Assembly (NCBI GenBank): GCA_964545795.1
Contig: CAZJGC010000001.1
Location: forward strand, 6,585-70,584
Direction: 5' to 3'
Length of the DNA stretch: 64,000 bases
Source: an uncultured archaeon
GTDB lineage: Archaea; Aenigmatarchaeota; Aenigmatarchaeia; Aenigmatarchaeales; DAIDAN01
Shown here: piece after piece, positions 50,030 through 58,026 of the stretch
Layout: each line of letters starts with the position of its first letter
How positions within the stretch are numbered: position 1 is the stretch's first letter
Translations under genes and position numbers: made by a program
Notes under the pieces: model-generated
The model's input: the letters and a program-made list of their open reading frames with translations, nothing else
What the model was told of the DNA's origin: nothing
Databases searched by the model: none

Positions 50030-52438
50030 ATGGCAGATAACATGAATCAATCTAAAAGGTATGAACCAGGAGAAGTTGAGCCAAGAATACAAAAATTCTG
50101 GGAAGATAATGAATTGTTTAAATTTGACCGATGCAGCAACAAGCCTGTTTTCTCAATAGACACGCCGCCTCCTACAATTTCCGGACTAATTCATATGGGT
50201 CATACAATGAGTTATAATCAGGCTGAGTTTGTTGCCAGATTCTGGAGAATGATGGGTTATAATGTTTTCTATCCCATGGGTTTTGATGACAACGGCCTTC
50301 CAAGCGAACGTTATGTAGAAAAGAAACTTAATATAACAGCGAATAAAATGCCAAGGCATGAGTTTGTGAAACTATGTTTAGAAGAAACAAAAAAAGGTGC
50401 AGAACAATTTAAAAATGTCTGGAGAGAGCTCGGTATATCTGTTGACTGGTCATTGTCTTACAGCACAATAAACAAGTTGAGCCAAAGGATATCGCAAAAG
50501 TCATTTCTTGATTTATATAACAAAAATAGAGTTTACAGGGCTGAAGCTCCTGTAACTTGGTGCCCAACCTGCCAGACTGCTGTTGCGCAGGCAGAACTTG
50601 AAGATAATGAAAGAGAGTCATTCTTTAATTACATAAAATTTGATGTAGACAACGGAGAAACAATAACAATTGCTACAACAAGACCGGAATTAATGCCTGC
50701 GTGCGTTGCTGTGTTTGTCCACCCTGATGATGAAAGATATAAGAAATTCGTAGGAAGAAAAGTGAAACTGCCTTTCTTTGGAAGAGAAGTTCAGATTTAT
50801 GCAAATGAGTCTGTTGACATGGAATTTGGCACAGGCGCTGTTTATCACTGCACTTTTGGAGACATGGACGATATACACTGGGTGAAAAAGTACAACCTGC
50901 CTATAATAAAAATTATGAACAAGGATGGAACTCTTAATGAAAATGCGGGAAAATACAAAGGCATGAAATCTGAACAGGCAAGAAAGCAAATTTTGGAAGA
51001 CTTAAAAGCTGAAGGCAGGGTTGAGAAGCAGGAAAAAATCAGGCAGGTTGTTAATGTTCATGAGCGTTGCGGAACTCCTGTTGAATTTATTATGTCTGTT
51101 CAGTGGTTCATAAAAATTCTTGACATGAAGGAAAAATTGCTTGAACTTGGAAATCAGATAACATGGCACCCCGCTCACATGAAAATAAGATATGAACAAT
51201 GGGTGCAGGGATTGAATGCAGATTGGCTCATATCAAGGCAGAGATTTTTCGGAGTGCCTTTCCCTGTATGGTACTGCAAAAAGTGCGGCAGCATAATTCT
51301 TGCAGAGGAAAGCGAGCTTCCTGTTGACCCTGCTTATTCAAAACCAGATAGAAATTGTTCATGCGGTTCCTCTGATTTTGAACCGGAAAGAGACGTGATG
51401 GATACATGGGCAACATCATCTGTAACACCGCTCATAAACGGGAAATGGAAGGAAGAAGATTCAATGTTAGATAAAATATATCCTATGTCTCTGAGACCTC
51501 AGGCGCATGACATAATCAGGACATGGGCATTCTACACAATAGCAAAGTGTTATATGAATACAAATCAGATACCATGGAAGACTATTATGATTTCAGGACA
51601 TGGACTTGACCCTCATGGAAAGAAAATGTCAAAGTCAAAGGGAAATATTGTAGAACCTTTGCCTGTAAAAGAAAAATACTCCGCCGATGCGCTAAGGTTC
51701 TGGTCAGCTTCGGCAAACCTTGGCGAAAATCTTCCTTATCAGGAAAAAGATGTTGCCACGGGACAGAAACTGCTTACAAAACTATGGAATGCTTCAAGGC
51801 TTGCCGGAAAATACTTGGACAACAAAAAACCTGATGATTTGAAAATTATAGACAAGTGGTTGCTTAGCAAACTAATGAAGCTTGTAAGGTTTTCAACTGA
51901 ACGTTTTAAAGTTTGCGAATATGGCAGGGCAAAACTGGAAACAGAAATATTTTTCTGGCATGAGTTTGCTGACAATTATCTTGAGATGGTAAAATATAGA
52001 TTGTATGAAGGCAGTGACCAGTCGGCAAAATACACTCTTTACATAAGTCTGTTGACATTGTTAAAGCTGTTTGCCCCAATTATTCCGCACATAACTGAAG
52101 AAATTTATCAAATTTATTTTAGAAACAGGGAAAAAGAGATTTCCATACATATTTCAAAATGGCCTGAAGTTGATGAACAATTGATAAATGAAGAAGCAGA
52201 AGAGATTGGAGAAATGGCAAAAGAAATAATTTCTGCGTTGCGACAGTATAAAAGTTCGCGAAAACTTGCTTTAAACACAGAGTTGAAGAAAATTACTATT
52301 GAATGCGATGAAGAAGCAAAAAGAAAAATTCAGCAAGTTGCGCCTGATATAAAAGGCACAATGAAAGTCAAGGAAATAGAATTTGGAAAGGCAGATGAAA
52401 TTGAAGTTGGAAAAATAAGGATTAACGTAGAAAGATAG
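50030..52438 (+). CDS. valS: valine--tRNA ligase
   Basis: Class I motifs (PPPTISGLIHMGH, KMSKSKGN). The 802-aa length fits archaeal ValRS better than IleRS or LeuRS. Confidence 0.7.
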   Translation: MADNMNQSKRYEPGEVEPRIQKFWEDNELFKFDRCSNKPVFSIDTPPPTISGLIHMGHTMSYNQAEFVARFWRMMGYNVFYPMGFDDNGLPSERYVEKKLNITANKMPRHEFVKLCLEETKKGAEQFKNVWRELGISVDWSLSYSTINKLSQRISQKSFLDLYNKNRVYRAEAPVTWCPTCQTAVAQAELEDNERESFFNYIKFDVDNGETITIATTRPELMPACVAVFVHPDDERYKKFVGRKVKLPFFGREVQIYANESVDMEFGTGAVYHCTFGDMDDIHWVKKYNLPIIKIMNKDGTLNENAGKYKGMKSEQARKQILEDLKAEGRVEKQEKIRQVVNVHERCGTPVEFIMSVQWFIKILDMKEKLLELGNQITWHPAHMKIRYEQWVQGLNADWLISRQRFFGVPFPVWYCKKCGSIILAEESELPVDPAYSKPDRNCSCGSSDFEPERDVMDTWATSSVTPLINGKWKEEDSMLDKIYPMSLRPQAHDIIRTWAFYTIAKCYMNTNQIPWKTIMISGHGLDPHGKKMSKSKGNIVEPLPVKEKYSADALRFWSASANLGENLPYQEKDVATGQKLLTKLWNASRLAGKYLDNKKPDDLKIIDKWLLSKLMKLVRFSTERFKVCEYGRAKLETEIFFWHEFADNYLEMVKYRLYEGSDQSAKYTLYISLLTLLKLFAPIIPHITEEIYQIYFRNREKEISIHISKWPEVDEQLINEEAEEIGEMAKEIISALRQYKSSRKLALNTELKKITIECDEEAKRKIQQVAPDIKGTMKVKEIEFGKADEIEVGKIRINVER

Positions 52439-52443
52439 TTTAA

Positions 52444-52452
52444 TTTTAAATA
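52444..52452 (+). promoter_or_regulatory. TATA-box-like element (TTTTAAATA) ~25 nt upstream of the SRP RNA 5' end
   Basis: AT-rich octamer at the expected archaeal distance from the first paired base of the RNA. Confidence 0.3.
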
Positions 52453-52474
52453 CTTCCAATATTAAAATATTTTT

Positions 52475-52752
52475 AGCAGGAGAATAGACCGGGTTGTTCG
52501 GCGTAACCTGTAACCCGAAATCGTCGTTATGCGGGGGTCGAAGTCTGGGAGCGCTTGCAGAAGTCTGTGAAGGCCTGCAATTCAACTGAGAAGCTTCGTC
52601 TTCTGGAGCTGTGGCTATAGTGAACCGACCCAGGTCCGGAAGGAAGCAAGTCTAATCTATAGTTACGGCGTTCAGAAGGTTGCGGAGTGGAGGCGAGTTG
52701 CAGGACTACCTTCGCAGGTTTTTGCCGGCAATCTCAGATGCTTCTCCTGCTA
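52475..52752 (+). ncRNA. ffs: signal recognition particle RNA (7S/SRP RNA)
   Basis: ORF-free, GC-rich ~280-nt island. It contains the universally conserved domain-IV motif CCAGGUCCGGAAGGAAGCA. A terminal helix closes it (5' GCAGGAGAA pairs with 3' UUCUCCUGC). Confidence 0.7.
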
Positions 52753-52864
52753 CTATTAAAAATAGAATTTGCTTCTTCTTAAAGGAATTGCCTCTCCTTG
52801 AAAATTTGAAATCATTGCTTTCGCTATTTCCGCCTATCAGAAGTCATTGAGGCAATAGTTAAAA

Positions 52865-53203
52865 TTGCTGTCTAAACTTTTTAAAGTTTGTTTTGCAAAT
52901 AGAAATATGGTAATTGAGTATATCACTCCGCAAGTCGCATTAATTTTTATAGCATTTATCATAACTGTGTTTATTCTTTACAAACTGTTTAAAATTGCAA
53001 TCAGGACATTCATGGTCGGTGTTATAGCGTTTTCATTTCCATGGATTGTTTCTATTCTGAAACTGCCGCTGCCTGTAACAGCCGATGTTCAGACAGGCGT
53101 ATATTTCGCTGTAGCAGGAGTGATACTTTATTTGATATATGAATTTTTCCATATAGTAATTCATATAGCAAAATTGATTCTCTCTCCTTTTAGAAGAAGA
53201 TGA
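52865..53203 (+). CDS. hypothetical small membrane protein
   Basis: 112 aa, 3 predicted TM helices. Confidence 0.4.
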   Translation: MLSKLFKVCFANRNMVIEYITPQVALIFIAFIITVFILYKLFKIAIRTFMVGVIAFSFPWIVSILKLPLPVTADVQTGVYFAVAGVILYLIYEFFHIVIHIAKLILSPFRRR

Positions 53204-53205
53204 AT

Positions 53206-53871
53206 TTACTCAATATTAACATTCAGGTTGCCTGAAACAGAAATTTTGTTAATCCTGCCTGAAACCTTTATTGAGTCCCCGAGTTTAATATCTCCTGAAA
53301 AACTGTCAATCACAGAAGTTGTTCCATCCATTTTTAAAATAACATCTTTGCCATTTACTTTCAAAGAACCGCTGTTTGCTTTCAACACAATATGATTTGC
53401 ATTCTCAATATTCTCAACGCTTGCAATATTATAGTTTGCATAACCTTTTATTGGAATAGAACTGTTTGGCTGAGGCAGAATAGACGTTCCGTTAATTAGT
53501 ATTGTGCTGACTGTTCCATCCAGAAAAATTGTTTTATTGCCTGTTTTAATATTTGAATCCCCCACAAACCCCACTAAACTAAGGTCAGAGGAAAGAAGGC
53601 TGAACTTTTCATTTCCTATTACAATGTTTGAAGATAGTATGTTTGTCAACTTCAAAAACTTGGCATTCCTGAAATTTATTTCAGCATTGCCATGAATTTC
53701 TGAATTTAACAAAATGTTTTTTTCTGCACTTTTGCCAGACCCTAAAATTTTGTGCGTGAAATCCTTTAAGCCTGTATTAGCAAAGTTTGGCACTTGTATA
53801 TTGCTTCCAAGAAAACTTGTTATAATAATCACAGCGCCTACAATCAAAGCAGATAAAACCTTCCAATCCAT
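53206..53871 (-). CDS. hypothetical membrane-anchored protein with beta-rich repeats (bactofilin/adhesin-like)
   Basis: N-terminal TM, then repetitive short beta-strand segments rich in G/N/S/I/V. Confidence 0.45.
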   Translation of the reverse strand: MDWKVLSALIVGAVIIITSFLGSNIQVPNFANTGLKDFTHKILGSGKSAEKNILLNSEIHGNAEINFRNAKFLKLTNILSSNIVIGNEKFSLLSSDLSLVGFVGDSNIKTGNKTIFLDGTVSTILINGTSILPQPNSSIPIKGYANYNIASVENIENANHIVLKANSGSLKVNGKDVILKMDGTTSVIDSFSGDIKLGDSIKVSGRINKISVSGNLNVNIE

Positions 53872-53922
53872 AGATATACATTAAAGAAGGTATTATATAA
53901 ATCTTATAATGCCAATTTAATT

Positions 53923-54921
53923 ATGGAGAAGCATCTATCTGTTGTAAAGGGCAGTGAAAGAAAGAAAAACATACAAGATGCTCTAAATCTGATAAAAAAC
54001 GAAATAAACGAAAGCATAAAGAAAAAAGGAGAAAATAAACTGCTTATAAAAGTAAATGCTCTTGATTCCACCATACCAGAAGCCTGCACAAATATTGATT
54101 CTCTTGAAACAGTTATTGATTATTTTTATAACAAATTTGAAAAAATAATTGTAGGCGATAATTCCTCCTGCTTTGCAAACGGACCAAACATTTATGAACC
54201 ATTAAAAAAGAAGTTTGAGAACATTGAATTTTCTAATTTCGCTGAATTCAAAACAAAGGAAATTGAATTTGAAATGATTAAAGAGACAGCAAAAGCAAGA
54301 ATTGCTGTTCCTGATGCTTATGTAATATCTCTTGCATTGCCTAAATCTCATGATGCTTTCGTTTTTACAGGTTGTTCAAAAAACATGGTTGGTCTTATTG
54401 TTGAAAACAGGACATCTATACACGCACTAAAAGCGCACGAAAGGCTTTTCCTGAATAATATAGTAAGGTCCAATAAAATAGCAATAAAAAATCTTGTTAA
54501 AGTAATAGAAACCGCAAAACCTGACCTTGCTATTTTGGACGGGTTTACGGGGATGGAAGGCGATGGTCCTGCTCTTGGCAAGGTTGTCAAATTGAATATT
54601 GCACTTGCTTCTTTGGATTGCATAGCTCTTGACATCTTAGCAGGAAAAATATGCGGTTTTGAACATATTCCGTATCTTGATGAATGCGTTGCAAAAGGCA
54701 TTGGATATCCTAATGCAGTTATGTTTAAAAAGGGTTTTTCTGAAATCAGCGAAATCTCCAGAAAATTTGAACAGCATCCTTTATTAAAATATCAAACTAT
54801 GGACGAATTAAATTCTGTTTTTCCAAAAGTTAACATGAACCTTGTTAAAGCTGTTATTAGGCATCCTCATCCGCATAGAATGGCTGCAAGAGTTCTGAGA
54901 ATTTTGATGAGTAAGAAGTAA
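53923..54921 (+). CDS. DUF362-domain protein
   Basis: 332 aa. ILDGFTGMEGDGP motif as remembered for DUF362; recalled from memory, unverified. Confidence 0.45.
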   Translation: MEKHLSVVKGSERKKNIQDALNLIKNEINESIKKKGENKLLIKVNALDSTIPEACTNIDSLETVIDYFYNKFEKIIVGDNSSCFANGPNIYEPLKKKFENIEFSNFAEFKTKEIEFEMIKETAKARIAVPDAYVISLALPKSHDAFVFTGCSKNMVGLIVENRTSIHALKAHERLFLNNIVRSNKIAIKNLVKVIETAKPDLAILDGFTGMEGDGPALGKVVKLNIALASLDCIALDILAGKICGFEHIPYLDECVAKGIGYPNAVMFKKGFSEISEISRKFEQHPLLKYQTMDELNSVFPKVNMNLVKAVIRHPHPHRMAARVLRILMSKK

Positions 54922-54983
54922 AATTGGTGCTCCCGATGGGACTTTCAAAACAGGAAAAAACGGAATCCATGCTCTTCCTTAAG

Positions 54984-55013
54984 GATAAGGGGTTGCATGT
55001 TCTGGACAGCCCC
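54984..55013. repeat. hairpin repeat unit GATAAGGGGTTGCATGTTCTGGACAGCCCC (copy 1, inside the tRNA-Glu intron)
   Basis: 30-mer with a GGGG...CCCC stem; second copy 56 nt downstream. Confidence 0.6.
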
Positions 55014-55039
55014 GCTTTTCATGCTCTTCAATGGGGGTT

Positions 55040-55069
55040 GATAAGGGGTTGCATGTTCTGAACAGCCCC
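55040..55069. repeat. hairpin repeat unit copy 2 (GATAAGGGGTTGCATGTTCTGAACAGCCCC)
   Basis: 29/30 identical to copy 1. Confidence 0.6.
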
Positions 55070-55087
55070 TTATTTTGAACCCATGTC

Positions 55088-55408
55088 TCAAGCTCGAGAG
55101 GCTTGAATCCTTGACCGGACTAGACGACGGGAGCGTTTTTTTGTTGTTAAAACAGATTCCATGGTTTTTGTTATTGACCTCTGAGAGATTTTTATCATAA
55201 TAAATGCTATAACAACAACTATAAATGTTATAATTGTTGCAGCAATGAATTTATATATAACGCCTTCACCTGAAGGCACAAGACTATTTATAAATGCCTG
55301 CATTGCATCTCTCCAGCTAAGCGCCACCAAAAAACCAAGAGCAGTTATAATTGAACCTATTATAATATTTTTGAGATTCATTCTTTCTACATCTTCCTGA
55401 AATGTCAT
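55088..55408 (-). CDS. hypothetical membrane protein; C-terminal 47 nt overlap the tRNA-Glu 5' exon
   Basis: 106 aa, 2-3 TM. The basic tail KKRSRRLVRSRIQASRA is encoded by tRNA sequence, so the true stop/extent is doubtful. Confidence 0.35.
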   Translation of the reverse strand: MTFQEDVERMNLKNIIIGSIITALGFLVALSWRDAMQAFINSLVPSGEGVIYKFIAATIITFIVVVIAFIMIKISQRSITKTMESVLTTKKRSRRLVRSRIQASRA

Positions 55409-55416
55409 GACAACAC

Positions 55417-55556
55417 CTTATTAAAATGGTGAGCCCGGAGGGATTCTCATAACCCTTAATTTGAACCCCCGACTTACTGGTCCGAAGCTTCGACTTAAAT
55501 AATCAGTCGCTTTAGACCAAAAATGCTTTTGTCTGTCCAGGCTGAGCCACGGGCCC
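55417..55556 (-). tRNA. tRNA (isotype unresolved) with a 16-nt insertion in the T-loop and a 15-nt insertion in the anticodon arm; CCA encoded
   Basis: Minus strand: acceptor GGGCCCG/CGGGCUC (one G-U). D-loop AGCCUGG... T-stem GGGGG/CCCUC, with UUCAAAU then UAAGGGUUAUGAGAAU before the 3' stem. A + CCA + T-run. The anticodon region CGACU-GAUUAUUUA-AGUCG plus the GUCGAAGCUUCGGAC hairpin did not resolve into a canonical 7-nt loop by eye. Confidence 0.5.
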
Positions 55557-55614
55557 ACTTTTCACTATTTTTATTAACATTTATTTTATAAGTAACTTAT
55601 GCTATGTTATATTT

Positions 55615-56007
55615 ATGGGCAAAACAAATAAAAAACCCGTTCTTCCAAGGCAGAAACTTAGTTTCGGGCAAAAAGCCGCGGATGAAGTAACAAAGTTTGT
55701 AGGAAGCTGGACATTTATATTTATTTTTCTTTTATATCTTTTTCTCTGGGTAATACTGAATGTTACAGCAATTGTGCAGAATTGGGACCCTTACCCGTTT
55801 ATTTTGCTAAATCTTACGCTTTCATGCATTGCGGCAATTCAGGCGCCTTTGATTCTGATGAGCCAGAACAGAACAGCTGAAAGAGACAGGATAAAGGCTG
55901 AAAGAGACTATATGGTTAACAGAAAAGCCGAGAAAGAAGTTGAAAACATGCAAAAAGACTTGGATGAAATAAAAGAAATGATAAGAAACCTTGAAAGAAA
56001 ATTATAG
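55615..56007 (+). CDS. DUF1003-family membrane protein
   Basis: Conserved core (WDPYPFILLNLTLS...QAPLILMSQNR) plus a coiled-coil tail. Confidence 0.55.
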   Translation: MGKTNKKPVLPRQKLSFGQKAADEVTKFVGSWTFIFIFLLYLFLWVILNVTAIVQNWDPYPFILLNLTLSCIAAIQAPLILMSQNRTAERDRIKAERDYMVNRKAEKEVENMQKDLDEIKEMIRNLERKL

Positions 56008-57360
56008 ATGCTTGCTCATATAATATTTTCCAAGTTTATATCCAAGAGTTCTGTAATATTCCCTGACTCCCACTCCCGAGATAACAGAAATTTTCTTAAA
56101 CCCATTTTCCATTGCAATTGCTTCAGCTTCTTGCATTAATTTCTTTCCCAAACCTTTATGCTGAATTATTCCCTTTTTATTAAGTCCTGCCTGCCTTCCG
56201 AATACATGGAGTTCTCTTACTATTGCCGAGTTCTCCAGCTCCTTTACGAATGTTCTTTCCTGCAGCCTTAATCTGAGAATTCCAAGCACTGTTTTATGCC
56301 TGTCTTCATATGATAAAAATATTTCCCTGCCTCCGGAAGCTCTATAATCTATTCTTTTAACTTTCAAAGAATCATAATCAATGTTTCTTCCATCCCTTAA
56401 AACATAACCTGCTTCCCTGCATCTTATGCATTTGCATTTCCTGCCGCGTGATTTTATTTCATCTCTAAGATGAGAATAAACACACTCTGATAATATATAC
56501 TCTGCAGGTATGTCGCGCATTACTCTCATAATTCTTACATATTCAGGAATATTCTTCTTTATTTCAATTATTGTTTCTATTATCTGCTGCGTAGTATAAG
56601 GTTTGTATTTTCCAGAATTGTAAAGATTCTCCAGTTCCGTTCCTTTTATAACAAGAGTTGGATATATCTTTATCTGGTCAGGCTGAAAACGTTCATCTGA
56701 GAAAAGCATCTCAAAAGTTTTAATGTCTTTTTCAGGAGAAGAACCTGGAAGCCCTATCATCATATGATAACCTACTTTGAAACCCGCCTGCTTTAATAGT
56801 TCTGTAGAAGAAACAACATCTTCTACTGTGTGTCCGCGTTTTATTTTTTTATAAATCCCATTATCAAGAGTTTGGACTCCAATTTCTACTCTTGTGCAGC
56901 CAAAATTAAGAAATCTTATTATTTCCTTTTCATCTAATTCCGGTCTTGTTTCAAGACACAGGGCAACGCATCTGTGTTTTGCTGTTTCATTTATCGCCTT
57001 CGCCTGTTCAAGGTTTTCCGATTCCTTTTCGTTTAGTCCGTCAAAACATGCCTTTACAAATGATTCCTGATAATTTTCAGGATAATTTGAAAAAGTTCCA
57101 CCCATTATTATAAGCTCAACTTTGTCTGTTTCATGCCCCAATATTTTCAATACCTTTAACCTTCCCTGCACCTGTCTTTTTCCATCCCATTTGCTTCTTA
57201 CAGCCCTGAGAACAACAGGACTTTTTGATGTGTAACTCTTTGGTATTCCAGGCTCAGAGGGGCAATATATGCAACTATTTGAACATGGAAAAGGCTTGAG
57301 CATAACAGCCACAGGAACAATCCCTGATATGGAACGCGTTGATTTTCTCGGTTTATGCAT
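56002..57360 (-). CDS. elp3: tRNA uridine(34) acetyltransferase Elp3 homolog (radical SAM + GNAT)
   Basis: CSNSCIYC radical-SAM cluster motif and a C-terminal GNAT acetyltransferase domain. Confidence 0.8.
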   Translation of the reverse strand: MHKPRKSTRSISGIVPVAVMLKPFPCSNSCIYCPSEPGIPKSYTSKSPVVLRAVRSKWDGKRQVQGRLKVLKILGHETDKVELIIMGGTFSNYPENYQESFVKACFDGLNEKESENLEQAKAINETAKHRCVALCLETRPELDEKEIIRFLNFGCTRVEIGVQTLDNGIYKKIKRGHTVEDVVSSTELLKQAGFKVGYHMMIGLPGSSPEKDIKTFEMLFSDERFQPDQIKIYPTLVIKGTELENLYNSGKYKPYTTQQIIETIIEIKKNIPEYVRIMRVMRDIPAEYILSECVYSHLRDEIKSRGRKCKCIRCREAGYVLRDGRNIDYDSLKVKRIDYRASGGREIFLSYEDRHKTVLGILRLRLQERTFVKELENSAIVRELHVFGRQAGLNKKGIIQHKGLGKKLMQEAEAIAMENGFKKISVISGVGVREYYRTLGYKLGKYYMSKHL

Positions 57361-57394
57361 AAATCTTTTAATAGATTAAAAATTATTTAAAGTA

Positions 57395-57425
57395 GGGGAC
57401 TGCGCAATAAATGCAATCCCCTACA
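57395..57425. repeat. hairpin repeat unit GGGGACTGCGCAATAAATGCAATCCCCTACA (copy 1)
   Basis: 31-mer with a GGGGA...TCCCC stem; second copy at 57494. Confidence 0.55.
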
Positions 57426-57430
57426 ACCCC

Positions 57431-57480
57431 AATAAGGGAAAGTGCAGAGCATGAATTTCCTTAACAACCCTTAGTAAAGG
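57431..57480. repeat. ectopic copy of the tRNA-Leu T-loop intron sequence (47/50 identical to 57666-57715)
   Basis: AATAAGGGAAAGTGCAGAGCATGAATTTCCTTAACAACCCTTAGTAAAGG lies 57 nt upstream of the tRNA-Leu 5' end, outside any tRNA exon context. Confidence 0.6.
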
Positions 57481-57493
57481 AGTATGCAAAAAC

Positions 57494-57524
57494 GGGGACT
57501 GCGCAATAAATGCAATCCCCTACA
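57494..57524. repeat. hairpin repeat unit copy 2
   Basis: Identical 31-mer except the last bases; ends 13 nt before the tRNA-Leu 5' end. Confidence 0.55.
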
Positions 57525-57536
57525 TTGCAGAAACAT

Positions 57537-57735
57537 GCGGGGGTCGCCAAACAGTCTTTCTCTAAATGAGAAGGGCTGGACAAAGCCAGGTCAAAGGTGC
57601 TAGGTTGAGGGCCTAGTTGGTAAAGTTTACAAAAAACTTCAACAATAGTCCATTCGTGAGTTCAAAATAAGGGAAGGTGCAGAGCATGAATTTCCTTAAC
57701 AAGCCTTAGTAAAGAAAGTCTCACCCCCCGCACCA
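57537..57735 (+). tRNA. tRNA-Leu(GAG) with insertions in the D-loop, variable region and T-loop; CCA encoded
   Basis: Acceptor GCGGGGG/CCCCCGC. UC, then GCC D-stem, a ~34-nt insertion, then AGCCAGGUCAAA-GGU. Anticodon arm CUAGG-UUGAGGG-CCUAG (G37). Oversized variable region. T-stem GUGAG/CUCAC, with UUCAAAA then a 52-nt insertion before the 3' stem. Discriminator A + CCA + T-run. Confidence 0.65.
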
Positions 57736-57743
57736 TATTTGAG

Positions 57744-58019
57744 TTATTTTTTATATATTTCCTCAATTACTTCTTTGCCAGAATCAGTCAGTTTAAGATA
57801 TACTGGTTTCCCGGAAGGATTAATTTGCTTAACATATTTTTCTTCAATTAATAAGTCAATATGTTTCTTTATAGCAACATGAGTTAAATTGAGTTTCTTA
57901 GATATAACATTCAAAAAACAAGGATTATTCTTTTTTTCACATTCATATAAAAATTTTATAATTTTTCTTCTAGTATCGGCTCCTTTGCTCCAGTAGAAAA
58001 GTATTGATTTTGATAGCAT
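57744..58019 (-). CDS. winged-helix transcriptional regulator
   Basis: 91 aa; wHTH pattern (FLNVISKKLNLTHVAIKKHIDLLIEEKYV). Confidence 0.55.
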   Translation of the reverse strand: MLSKSILFYWSKGADTRRKIIKFLYECEKKNNPCFLNVISKKLNLTHVAIKKHIDLLIEEKYVKQINPSGKPVYLKLTDSGKEVIEEIYKK

Positions 58020-58026
58020 AACATAA

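Larger units (their letters stand above)
54925..55134 (-). tRNA. tRNA-Glu(CUC) with ~140-nt insertion in the T-loop; CCA encoded
   Basis: Minus strand: acceptor GCUCCCG/CGGGAGC. D-arm GUCU-AGUCCGGUCAA-GGAU. Anticodon arm CAAGC-CUCUCGA-GCUUG. T-stem AUGGG/CCCAU, with UUCAAA(A) then an insertion before CCCAU. Discriminator A + CCA, followed by a T-run. Confidence 0.65.

Noticed and set aside
52785-52860. Long-range inverted repeat (ATTGCCTC ... GAGGCAAT) downstream of the SRP RNA
   Set aside because: The 8-bp arms are separated by ~55 nt, which is weak. It may be a coincidental or minor terminator structure.
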